Assembly: GCF_009834535.1 (NCBI RefSeq)
Contig: NC_045697.1
Location: 28,150,001-28,214,000, forward strand
DNA from: Camelus ferus
Taxonomy: Eukaryota
Reading direction: 5' to 3'
Length of the DNA: 64,000 nt
Numbering within the stretch: the stretch's first letter is position 1; each line of letters opens with the position of its first letter. The translations under genes were made by a program, and so were the position numbers. Positions 53,984-62,230 of this stretch are shown here, piece after piece. The notes under the pieces were generated by a model, which saw nothing but the letters and a program-made list of their open reading frames with translations, was not told the origin of the DNA and searched no databases.

Positions 53984-56900
53984 ACACATATTCACTTTCA
54001 TATTCTTTTTCATTAAAGGTTATTAAAAGATATTGAATGTATTCCCTGTGCTATACAGAAGAAATGTGGTTTTTATCTATTTTAATATATAGTGGTTAAC
54101 TTTTGCAAATCTTAATCTCCCAAATTTGTCCCTTCTCACCCTCTTTTCCCCAGTAACCATAAAATTGTTTACTATGTCTGCGAATCTGTTTCTGCTTTGT
54201 AAATGAGTTCATTACTGTCCTCTTTTTTCTTTTTTTTTTTTAAGATTCCACATATGAGTGATATATGGTATTTTTCTTTCTTTCTGGCTTACTTCATTTA
54301 GAATGATGATTATTATCATTATTATTATTAGCTGCCACCGTTTGCTTGCTGAGAATTGATGAGATGTTCTAGCACTGATAGAGCTGATAGGACCACAGGA
54401 AGGCTGTATAACTAAGGGAGGGGAGATTGTGGAAAATAAGAAACAAAGATGGTAGTCACAAAAAAATGAACAATGATTTTTACATACTCATACCACTGAT
54501 ATATGGGAGCAGATCAAATGTCTGGTCATAACCTAATTAAAGATGGGAATCCTAAATTACATTAACAGGTGAGAAACTTGATCAGCAAGCTTATTAACAG
54601 GAAGAATTCTGTCTATGTCTGGGCAATGCCTAGCACTTCTAAGAAAGATCTTTTGAGATCTTTGTTTCCATCATCATCAAGAACAGAACCATGAATCTTG
54701 TACCTCTGGCACCCAGTTTAGTATCTAGTATACAGAAGACACTGAAATGTTTAATTGAGCCAAGGTTTTCCTATATACAAGGAGCAACAGTAACTGCTGT
54801 CAAGAAAACAAAACTTAGGAGAATTCCTGCTGTCATAGAACTTAACTGCTTAGGTGAGAGCTGCACGTTTAAGGGGAGGATCCACCCTGTGCAGCAGCTG
54901 GTATGAAGTGCCCCGTGGTACAGGCAGTGAGCGCATAGGAAATCAAAGAGAAGAAAGAAAACGGGTGTTGAGAAGGTTTCATTGAGAAGAAGTGGGATTT
55001 AATTTAAGCCTTAATGAGTCAATCCAATTCAAAAAAGTAAAAGGAAAGGGGAAGTTTGTATGAGAAAACATGAAAAAAATGTGACTAAAGCAGAAATACG
55101 CAGGCTATATTAAGGAAGTATGGCTGGTTATAAGGCTCCATGCTTGAGAAGAGTTGGAGTTCTTATGGAGAGGAAGGCTGGATTCAGGATGGAGGTCTGT
55201 GATGGTCAACCTTAAGAGGTTGGTAATAAGAAACCAGTGGAGACTTTTAACCAAGAGAGAGATGCAGTAATAGAAAGTCCATGTGTCAGCAGCTGGGGAC
55301 AGAGTAAGTTGGATTAGGAGCAAGGGAAATGAAGGTTGGGTGAAAGGAAAACATTTAGAAGGTTGCTTCTGTTGTAAGGCTTGAGGTGTTAAATATATAG
55401 ATGGATTCAAGAGATGGTACCAAGTCCTGTCTGTTTTTTCTTTATATGCTTTCTGGCTTGTATAGAGATGCAGCTTCTGATGAAAACAGCAAAGGAAAGA
55501 TCAGATAGCATCTTATTAGATAATGAAATAGAGCATTTAAAGAGAGGAGAGAGGGTTTCAACAGTGCAAGAAAGAATGAAGAAAATTTGTCATTCATGAA
55601 GTTGTCAGGACCTTTGAGAATATGATAGTAGCAGAAGCCACCACCCAGTGTAAAAAGTAAAGAGAAGAATAAAAGTAAATGTGGGAGCTAGAGGGGTGTA
55701 CAATTTTTAAATGATGATAGAAAGTTAACACTTACTGAGTGCATTTTATGTACCCAGCTCTATTCCAAGCACTTGTCATTAAAGAACTTATTAAATCTTC
55801 TCAACAACCCTGTGAGGTAAATACTGTTACTTTCCCATGATATTGCATGAGGGGTCTGAGACAGAGAGATTAAATAGCTGACCCAATATTGCACAGTAGA
55901 TAAATGGGAGAGTTAGATTTGAGCCTAGGGTCTTTTTCACAATAGAGATGAGGACAAGAGAGTTGAAAGAAATTCAAGACCAGAAGGAGAAAGCAAAATT
56001 GAAGGGCACTTTCCTGAATGTAGGACAGGAAACAGAATTGAGGGCAAAGGCTGGTACTCCTCAGACTGGAGGAAACGATCTTACCTTCTAAGACCGGAGA
56101 GAAAGATGAGAATATGAGTATAAAGGATATAAAGTGTTTTAAAATGAAGAGAAGGATAGAAAAAGAGACTTAGATTGTATGACTGTGATCTTGTTTCTTT
56201 CTTAAGTGAGCTCACTCAGTGAAGGGTTGAGAAAGCATAATTTGAGGGCTTCAACTATGGAATTTCATTAGAAACCATGTGGCCACCTACCGTCAGTCTC
56301 CCACCATGGCGGAAGTAGTTGTGAATGACAGCAAAGGAACCCCAAAAGAGACAGAGGAATCTTTTTCTGAGATGTATTTGATTTAAGCCACAAGGAAGTC
56401 GATTGGCCAGTATTTCAGATTTGGTATTACAGATAATTAATACTTTATGCTGAGTCACTCTGTATCAGAATTAATAATATGTGACCACATAGCTCTTTGG
56501 TCTGCAAGCCATCTCTATTACTATTTTAAAGCACCTAAATGTGAACTTATAACCATAGTATCTGAAGAATAAATGTTTTCCATTTAATGTTCCAACAAAT
56601 GGACAAGAGGACATTTGTACAGGGAATGAAATGAGATGACCAAGTCTTAAGCCACCACCCACTCCACTACCAGCCTTGACCCACATCAGGAAGTGACTGC
56701 ATTGTATTTAATGAATTCTCCAAACTATACTTTCTAGCTGGTTTTCATAACAACAGCAACTATTCACAATATAGAGATTTTAGTGTCTTGGGTGTTTTGA
56801 GGAAAGCTGTTAATTTCAAGCAGACATTTTGATTTAATTGACATAGAGATTACTTCTAGAATACTGTAAGTATATATGGTTTTAAAATAGGTTATTAGTT

Positions 56901-58379
56901 CAAGGAGATATAACAGTGATCAAAACCAAAACAACTGATTCAGATGAAGAACAACTAAGAATTCTCTTACAATTGAAGTTGGATGTGTTCTTAAAATCTA
57001 CTCATTGGTGCAGGGTGCAGGTGTCAAAATGATTAAGAAATCTTTTTTTTTAATAACATCTTTTTAAGCACTATTCTCATGTATTTTTATCTTATTTTAT
57101 TGAGAGGGAGGTAATTAGGTTTATTTAATTACTTTTTTAGTGTAGGTACTGGGGATTGAAGGATTGAACCCAGGACCTGGTGCATGCTAAGCACACACTC
57201 TACCACTTGAGCTGTACCCTCCCCCAAGAAATCATTTTAATATCACATATTTGACAAAAACACTTTATGACATACCTCCATATACATAAGTACAAAACAA
57301 ACTTTCTTAATACATTATATTAGTCATCTGTTCTCAAATGCCAATTTGGTGGGGGTGATTAGGTTTATTTTCATTTATTTATTTGTTTATTTTTTAATGG
57401 AGGTACTGGGGATTGAACCCAAGATCTTGAGCATGCTAAGCATATGCTTTACCACTGAGCTATACCCTCCCCCCAACAAATGCTAATGTTTTAATTCTCT
57501 TAGGTCAGATACATAGTTTGCTGTGCATTCTTACTGTGTTCAAAGTAGCCCTTTAAAAACTATCCTTGCCCACACTTAGTTTCACTGTGAATTTCCCAGT
57601 GTCTAGAGTACTCAAAAGACAAAGATTTAAGAATTGTTCCTTATCCATAAGTGACGATTATGTTTTGTCCCCTTTCACTTGCACTTCTCACTGTCATAGA
57701 GTTTAGTCACTAGGTTTGTTTCCACTCCTAGGGAGTTGGATGGGTGGTATTTATTATTCATTCCCTCCACTAAAAAGGAGTAGAGTGGGTTTACACTTTC
57801 CAGCCATGTGGAGAAGGTCAGCAATAAATATGAACTTAGCGGTTCCTCCAGAGGAAGCAGATCGTGGGCATACGGTGTATTTGTGTGCTCTCTCTGCAAC
57901 AGCATTTCTGTTACCCGGCCTCTCTGGGTAGTACCTGGTATTTTCTCCATGGTAATCACAAAGTTACTTTAGGTATTTAGCATTCCCTCACATCCATATT
58001 GTGCATCATTTTGGCCAAAATAGGGTTTCACGTAGAACAATTCGAGAGCTATTAAGAAAAAAGATCACCCTTAAAGAGAAGTGAATACTAGATAATTATG
58101 TCCTATACCCAAACCAGTTTAGTTGGTGAAGCTTTGGCATCAGGAGGGAGGTCCTGTTCAGATGGAACAGGGCCAGCAGTGGGGATAGAGCAGCAGGGTG
58201 GGGGCAGCAGCTCTTTTGCCTATAAGTACAGACCGTTTCAGTGTTGCACCGACTAGTGTGGTATTATCAGCGTTTTTACCTACAAACCCAACACCTATGT
58301 TTTTTTTGTTTGTTTTTTTTAGGTTGCTCCACTGTGCCTAGGAAGAGCTGGGGCTTGCGTTGTGACTGTAAAATTATAA
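8221..58379 (+). CDS. KLHL5: Kelch-like protein 5, spliced CDS of 11 exons, 709 aa: join(8221..8603,20896..21078,23722..23858,24488..24684,28957..29169,37129..37315,42666..42890,46377..46539,51733..51945,53451..53622,58323..58379)
   Basis: All introns are GT-AG with consistent phases. Exon lengths 383+183+137+197+213+187+225+163+213+172+57 = 2130 nt. Translation [20 protein letters not shown]...[18 protein letters not shown] closely matches human KLHL5 as I recall it (BTB, BACK, six Kelch repeats). Confidence 0.97.
8698..8751. repeat. Interrupted (TA)n microsatellite
   Basis: Read directly; about 95 nt downstream of the exon 1 donor. Confidence 0.9.
12021..12545 (-). mobile_element. Ancient LINE-1 3' end (L1MC/MD-like) nested in a MIR
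   Basis: ttttagatttacaggaaaattg...ccaatattgatacattattgttaactaaagtccatactttattcagatttcc; flanked by CTGCATTTT at 12012 and 12546. Confidence 0.7.
13325..14970. mobile_element. Cluster of old MaLR (MLT1-like) LTR fragments
   Basis: cagtggctcaaataaaatagaagtttgtttctct; ctagtcacgtggccatgactagttgcaagggaggct; tctgattggccttgtttggatcatatgtccaccc. Confidence 0.6.
15768..15798. repeat. (TA)15 microsatellite
   Basis: Read directly from sequence. Confidence 0.9.
17197..17398. mobile_element. MER3-like hAT-Charlie MITE inside a MIR
   Basis: aatagaaccttctgcagtgatggaaatgttctgtatctgc...agccactagc...actatattggatagcacgg. Confidence 0.75.
20896..21078 (+). CDS. KLHL5: KLHL5 coding exon 2 (start of BTB domain)
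   Basis: Acceptor ctttcttttcag|[18 protein letters not shown]...[16 protein letters not shown]; donor TAG|gtaatt. Not in the supplied ORF track. Confidence 0.96.
21930..22660. mobile_element. L2 LINE 3' fragment
   Basis: catcaccatctcacttggattgcaa...tagaatataagactgcat...tctagaacagtgccc...tgaatgaatgaatg terminus. Confidence 0.75.
23598..23650. repeat. A/GAAA-rich purine tract
   Basis: aaaaaaaaagaaagaaagaaagagagaaagaaaagagaaagaagg, about 70 nt upstream of exon 3. Confidence 0.85.
23722..23858 (+). CDS. KLHL5: KLHL5 coding exon 3 (BTB)
   Basis: Acceptor gttctcag|[16 protein letters not shown]...LIQYAYT; donor CAG|gtaaga. Confidence 0.96.
24318..24410 (+). mobile_element. Very short 5'-truncated young LINE-1 3' end
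   Basis: tgctgaacactggaatttgacacaacattgtaaaatgattataaatcaataaaaa plus an (AAAAT)n tail. Perfect 12-bp TSD AAAATACTACGC at 24306 and 24411; TTT/AAAA cut site. Confidence 0.85.
24488..24684 (+). CDS. KLHL5: KLHL5 coding exon 4 (BTB end / BACK)
   Basis: Acceptor gtcgttaag|[15 protein letters not shown]...[13 protein letters not shown]...HNYTM; donor ATG|gtatgt. Confidence 0.96.
28957..29169 (+). CDS. KLHL5: KLHL5 coding exon 5 (BACK)
   Basis: Acceptor ttcccctctag|[13 protein letters not shown]...IRLPLLAPQ; donor CAG|gtaaac. Confidence 0.96.
29238..29597. mobile_element. MER2-like Tigger-derived DNA transposon
   Basis: agtcagccttcc...gtaatctagagatgatttaaagt...ggtcctggaaccgatccccc...actgaaggactattgta. 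Confidence 0.8.
30607..30860 (+). mobile_element. LINE-1 3' UTR fragment with TA/CA microsatellite
   Basis: cacagacatag..aaacaaactgtggttacc...tactgtatagcacagggaactatatt is typical of laurasiatherian L1 3' ends. Degenerate flanking repeat aaaa(g)catttctc. Confidence 0.8.
31480..32360. mobile_element. L2 LINE fragment
   Basis: Purine-rich gagatgaggctggagagg...tttagattttatcctaaaagcaatgagaaagcactaaaggattttaa. Confidence 0.65.
32366..32550. mobile_element. MER5A-like hAT MITE
   Basis: cagtggcttccaaagtg...acctactgcatctgaaactctgggg...agtttgagaaccactg, with terminal inverted repeats. Confidence 0.8.
32855..33035 (+). mobile_element. Older LINE-1 3' end (L1MA/MB-like)
   Basis: gatgttaactagccttactgtggtgatcattttgca...ttatgttgtacac...atatctcaataaaaa. 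Confidence 0.75.
33412..33606. mobile_element. MER8-like Tigger MITE
   Basis: TIRs ta-caggagacccttgaaca ... tgttcaagggtcaactg-ta with TA target duplication. Confidence 0.8.
34600..36560 (+). mobile_element. LINE-1 fragments (ORF2 end / 3' UTR followed by older ORF2 relics)
   Basis: gcagccaccttggaaaacagtttggcagtttctta...ttattcataatagcccaaaactggaaacaac. The supplied ORF 34786..34968 resembles an L1 ORF2 C-terminal relic. Confidence 0.8.
37129..37315 (+). CDS. KLHL5: KLHL5 coding exon 6 (BACK end to first Kelch repeat)
   Basis: Acceptor ttcttttctag|T; FLADMENN...[23 protein letters not shown]; donor AAG|gtatta. Confidence 0.96.
37350..38450 (+). mobile_element. Ancient LINE-1 3' region (L1MC/MD-like)
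   Basis: gagactggggaattgtctcagattaaagagactaaggaggcatgacagcta...aaatgttgatttccagattttgatggttatatt. Confidence 0.65.
39806..39927 (-). mobile_element. tRNA-derived SINE, camelid Vic-1-like
   Basis: Minus strand reads GGGGAGGGTATAGCTCA...GGTCCTGGGTTCAATCCCCAGTACCTCC plus an A-rich tail, with Pol III A/B boxes. Inserted in LTR-like sequence. Confidence 0.85.
42666..42890 (+). CDS. KLHL5: KLHL5 coding exon 7 (Kelch)
   Basis: Acceptor actatcaag|[16 protein letters not shown]...LYVVGGRDG...STHRHGL; donor TTG|gtaagt. Confidence 0.95.
43595..44130. mobile_element. MaLR solo LTR (MLT1-like)
   Basis: tgtatca...ttgctgcataacaaaccactcc...ccatttatttagctcatgg...cattggccaaaataagccacatgg. Confidence 0.75.
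45435..45955. mobile_element. L2 LINE 3' fragment
   Basis: gatcgtgtcacacctcttctcaaaaccctc...tttagaataaatccaaagtcctt...tttgttgaataaatgaa. Confidence 0.7.
46377..46539 (+). CDS. KLHL5: KLHL5 coding exon 8 (Kelch)
   Basis: Acceptor ctccttgtag|[29 protein letters not shown]...VAVLSG; donor GAA|gtaagg. Confidence 0.96.
50005..50240. mobile_element. MIR SINE
   Basis: gagattaaataaattttccacagtcacggctagtaagtg...ccaggattcaaacccag...gtgctcttaatcactgtac. Confidence 0.75.
51396..51661. mobile_element. Tc2/Kanga (MER104-like) DNA transposon relic
   Basis: ccatattttatctattctaagac...ttttaacatctctaaaattgcgatgcattttaca...catcttaaatccagttaaatacc. Confidence 0.55.
51733..51945 (+). CDS. KLHL5: KLHL5 coding exon 9 (Kelch)
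   Basis: Acceptor ttttttacag|[27 protein letters not shown]...RLSDCVE; donor GAG|gtaaat. Not in the supplied ORF track. Confidence 0.96.
53451..53622 (+). CDS. KLHL5: KLHL5 coding exon 10 (Kelch)
   Basis: Acceptor ttttctttcag|[15 protein letters not shown]...[10 protein letters not shown]; donor CAG|gtatgg. Confidence 0.96.
53861..54310 (-). mobile_element. LINE-1 3' end, lineage-specific type, antisense
   Basis: Poly-T followed by ttattgaggtatagtcagttacagtgtgtcagtttctggtgtgcagca...ccctgtgctatacag...agattccacatatgagtgata. Confidence 0.85.
53955..53982. repeat. (AC)14 microsatellite within L1
   Basis: Read directly from sequence. Confidence 0.9.
55720..55935. mobile_element. MIR SINE
   Basis: aacattactgagtgc-like start...aacaaccctgtgaggtaaatactgttac...ctgagacagagagattaaatagctgaccc. 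Confidence 0.7.
57043..57225 (-). mobile_element. tRNA-derived SINE, Vic-1-like, with TSD
   Basis: Same head, plus tail motif AAACCTAATTACCTCCC. Flanked by AAGAAATC at 57035-57042 and 57226-57233. Confidence 0.88.
57346..57476 (-). mobile_element. tRNA-derived SINE, Vic-1-like, with TSD
   Basis: Same head and tail. Flanked by CAAATGCCAAT (57335-57345) and CAAATGCTAAT (57477-57487). Confidence 0.88.
58323..58379 (+). CDS. KLHL5: KLHL5 last coding exon, coding part
   Basis: Acceptor gtttttttt ag|G after a long T tract; [18 protein letters not shown] then TAA at 58377-58379. Confidence 0.96.
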   Translation, partial: VAPLCLGRAGACVVTVKL

Positions 58380-59690
58380 CTTAGTGCTTTGTTTTCTAAA
58401 TGAAGATATCATCTTCCTTTATGAATTTAGTATAATTATTCTACTATCAATGGGTATGTTTTTAGTAAATTAGCAAGGCCGCATTCCTGGGCACAAAGTG
58501 CCTGATCTCTAAGTGAAGATGTTAAAACAAAGGAGGAAAGAGTGGACAAACCAGGATTAAATATTTTCATTTCTTAGTAAATCAAAACTGCAGCTGGTGG
58601 CTTGTGAACATATGTTCCTGATACAAAATATGAGGACAAATGCACTGCTTCTGAACACAACCCAGTGCTAACTGGGAGTTTCGTTTCTTAATAATCAAGC
58701 ACATTTCACTCACATTATCTAGGCTGCTTTTATTACAGTGCTAATACAGCGAATTAAAACTTGTAACGTTTTACTTCGTAACTTTATCATACATGAGTTA
58801 CAGTAATTTTTATTTGTTTGTTTAACCACAACCACTGTTTTAATGACATACTGAAGACTATGCATTTAATTTTTCTCAGAAATAGCTGCCATATATGTGC
58901 TTTGGTTGAGGATTGTATTTCTAGAATTGGCTTAGTCCAATGAATAAAGAAAAACGTTAAAGAATTAAAACAACAATGACCAAATAAAAACTGGATAGGA
59001 TCTTTGGGATCTATTTAAACATTCATTCCATCTAGATTCAACAAGAACTCCATGTTATGATATTCTTAAATTGGAATTGAAACATGGTGTTTTGCATTAA
59101 ATTTAAGATATGCAGTTTTATGTGGAGAAAATACATGTTCTATGCCCTCTAATGTTCTTTCACCTAATTAGTATTTAATTATGTGGATTTGCTTTCTTTT
59201 GTATTATTAAAAATGTTCTGATTTTGTCTTTTGATATTGACAGAATTGTATGGCTGTTCCTCTTTTCTCAAGTCTGTGTTTGCGCCCCTGCCTTGTTTCT
59301 TACCTTTTGCCACAGTTAGTAATCCTTTGTGCTTCTTTGTAATCAAACAGTTTGGGGGGAATGGGTTTACTGAATGTTTGAAAAATAAGTTTAAAGTTTA
59401 TTACCCAAAGTTTTGTACATTTGTAAGCTCTTAATTACACATGTGAATGTTAATATTCTCAGTGAATTATTTATTGTTTGCAAAAAATGCACTGGGCAGT
59501 AACATTTTACGATAAATCTTTTAAGGTATAAGTCATTAACTTACATCTTAATATAAAGTGAGTACAAACTAAATTCCCATCTTTTAAAATACTATATTGT
59601 GGTTAATGTGTTTTTTATTTTGTATCAAGGTAACCTTTCTTTTAGTTGCTTCTTTTAAGAATTAAAACAAACGTTTTTTTAGCTGATTTT
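58380..59690 (+). other. KLHL5: KLHL5 3' UTR (end approximate)
   Basis: AU-rich and free of recognisable repeats after the stop. AATAAA at 58943 and 58983; ATTAAA at 59206 and 59661, both with upstream TGTA and downstream T-rich sequence. Confidence 0.65.
59661..59666 (+). terminator. Candidate distal polyadenylation signal ATTAAA
   Basis: ATTAAA preceded by ttttgta and T-rich sequence, followed by a T-rich tract. Confidence 0.45.
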
Positions 59691-60459
59691 GAATGCTCAT
59701 AAAATATTTCTACCTTTGAAACCAAGAAATTTAGTACTTCTAGTCCCAAAACAAATTCCATGGGCATTTTACTGATGTGGCCACTAAGAAAATAATAGTG
59801 ATAGTGACAAATATGTTAATATTTCATATATTCATTATACTGTGGATATAAAGTCAGTTATTTTCCTGATAAAGAGGGATCAGCTGTAGAATATATTTAC
59901 AAATTTAGGGTAAGGGAGAGAAGAGGAAAAGGTGTAAGAAACAAACAAGAATTCCCAAAGCAGAAACATACCAGTACATCCCTTCTTGACTTAGAGACTT
60001 AGACCTGTGACTTGAAAAGAAAATGCTTCTACTTGTGATCATTTCTCATCTCCACTCGCTTGTTCCCTGCACCCTCAGTGGAGCCAGACTCACCTCAGCG
60101 TAAAGGAACTGATTCTCTTCTCTGAGGATCTTCCTTTCCTTTACAGGATTCATTAGAACAGTCCCTTTGATTTTCTACCCCATTTGAGGGCCCCTCTAAT
60201 GCAGTTTTGTAGTCAGTAGGATGTGCTCTCCTGGATACTAGTGAAGACAGCACTTCTTCTCTAGTGACAGAGCATTTGCCAAAACATTTATTCCACTCCT
60301 AGTCTGGGATCTTATAAATCTAGAGGAAAATACTGCTCTTTCTTGTATGCATCATCCAGCATTGCTGCCTTGACTTTTGCTGTTAACTTCTCCATTGACA
60401 TGTCTGGCTGCTCTTTATTTTAACCCCAGTTAATGACCACCACATGAAAAATAATACTT

Positions 60460-60735
60460 GCTAGTAATTATTGAATGATTATTATGAACTAGCAACCAAG
60501 GTTTTTGCATGCATTAATGCACTTAAACTTCATAACAACTTTATGAGGTAAGTTCTATTATTATTCCCCCTTTATACAGATAAGGAAACTGGGGCAAAGA
60601 GAATTAACACCCAGATTTATATATAAGAAGATTTATATATTTATATAAGATTTATATATAAGAACTAAGTGGCAGAGCAGGGATTTGAATGCAGACAGTC
60701 TGGCTCGGGAGTCCTTTATCACTCCTGCTTCTAGG
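60460..60735. mobile_element. MIR SINE with an internal AT-rich duplication
   Basis: cataacaactttatgaggtaagttctattattattcccc...ggaaactgggg...gggatttgaatgcagacagtctggctc. Confidence 0.75.
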
Positions 60736-61009
60736 TAGAAAAGAAGTTTTATTTTATGTGAGAAATTATTTGTTTTAATAAAAAGAAAAGTAAAGGAGGT
60801 TTATGCCTTTTAGAAGTAAAATTTATCAGTCACACTCTTATCAGAAATTTTTGGTTCCTTAGTATCAGGGGGAATTTTGTCTAAATCTCTTATAGAATTT
60901 TATATACATTTTGCTTTAGAGAAGTAAATGCAAGAAAACATATTTAAAGTTTTATATGAAATATTAGATAAATTGCATGGTGTTTTGGATGAATGAACCA
61001 TAAACAAAT

Positions 61010-62230
61010 TCATTCATCAAAAATACACTTTGCTGCCACAAAGCAGATAACCTAGATGAAATGGACAGATTTCTAGAAACACAAAATTACCAAGAAGAAA
61101 AAAATCTAAACAGACCTATAGTAAGGAAGAGATCGAATCAATAATCCAAAAACCTCTCAACAAACTACAGAACCAGAATTTGGGTTGACAAATACAGACT
61201 GTATACTATGACAGACTAAGATTCGCTGCAGGAATACAGGGATAGTTCAACATACAAAAATCAATCAATGTGATATACCATGTAGTAGAATGTGGGGAGC
61301 TCAGCCTGAAGAAACCAGAACAGTGCCATGAAAATAAAGCTCTTTGTTATTTAAAAAAAAAAAAAAAAAAACAGAATGAAGGGGAAAAGAAACAGAATGA
61401 TCATCTCAACTGATAAGAAAAAGCATGTGACAAAAATCAACACCTTTTCATGGTAAAAGCAAACTAGAAGGAGAATGGAATGTCCTCATCCTGTTAAAAG
61501 GTGTTCATGAAAAACCCACAGGTAACAACATACTAAATGGTGAAAGATTGAAAGGTTTCTCTGAAAGTTCAGGAAAATGCCCACTCTGCTAGTCAACATT
61601 ATACCAGAAGTTATAGGCAGAGCAATTAGGCAAGAAAAAATAAAATAACAGGAATCTCAATTAGAAAAGGAGAAGTAAGATTCTCTCCATTAGCAGCTGA
61701 CATGATCTGACATATTAAAAATCCTAATGTTTTCAAGGTTCATCCATGTTGCAGCAGGTATCAGTACTTCATTTATTTTTATGGCTGAAAAATGTTCCGC
61801 TATATGTATGTACATCACAATTTGTTTATCCATTTGTCAACTCATGGATATTTGGGTTATTTCCACTTTTGACTACTGCGAATAATGCTGTTATGAATAT
61901 TTGTGTGGAAGTTTTTGTTTGAACACATGTTTTCGGCTTTTTCTTTTTTTTTTTTTTTTTTTTTTTGGTATGTACCCTGGGTGAAGTTGCTGTCTTATAG
62001 GGAAATTCTATGTTTAGAATGATGCCATTTATATGAAATACCCAAAATAGTCAAATTCATAGAGACAACCAGGGTCTGCGAGGAAGAGGGAATAGGGGAT
62101 GAACACGGGTTTTCCTTCTGGGGTGATGAAACTGTTCTAGAACTAATTAATGGTGTGGTTACACAACTTGACGAAAGTACTAAATGTCACTTATGGTCAA
62201 TTGAGTGCATATTTTACAACAATAAAAAGT
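61010..62230 (+). mobile_element. Composite LINE-1 block: ORF2 relic plus a 5'-inverted L1 3' end
   Basis: ataacctagatgaaatggacagatttctagaaa and aaatcaatcaatgtgata are ORF2-like; antisense segment at about 61726-62015; sense 3' UTR to aataaaaa at about 62228. Confidence 0.8.

Noticed and set aside
60613..60665. Repeated AGATTTATATATAAGA units
   Set aside because: Low-complexity slippage duplication inside a MIR; no unique spacers, so not an array.
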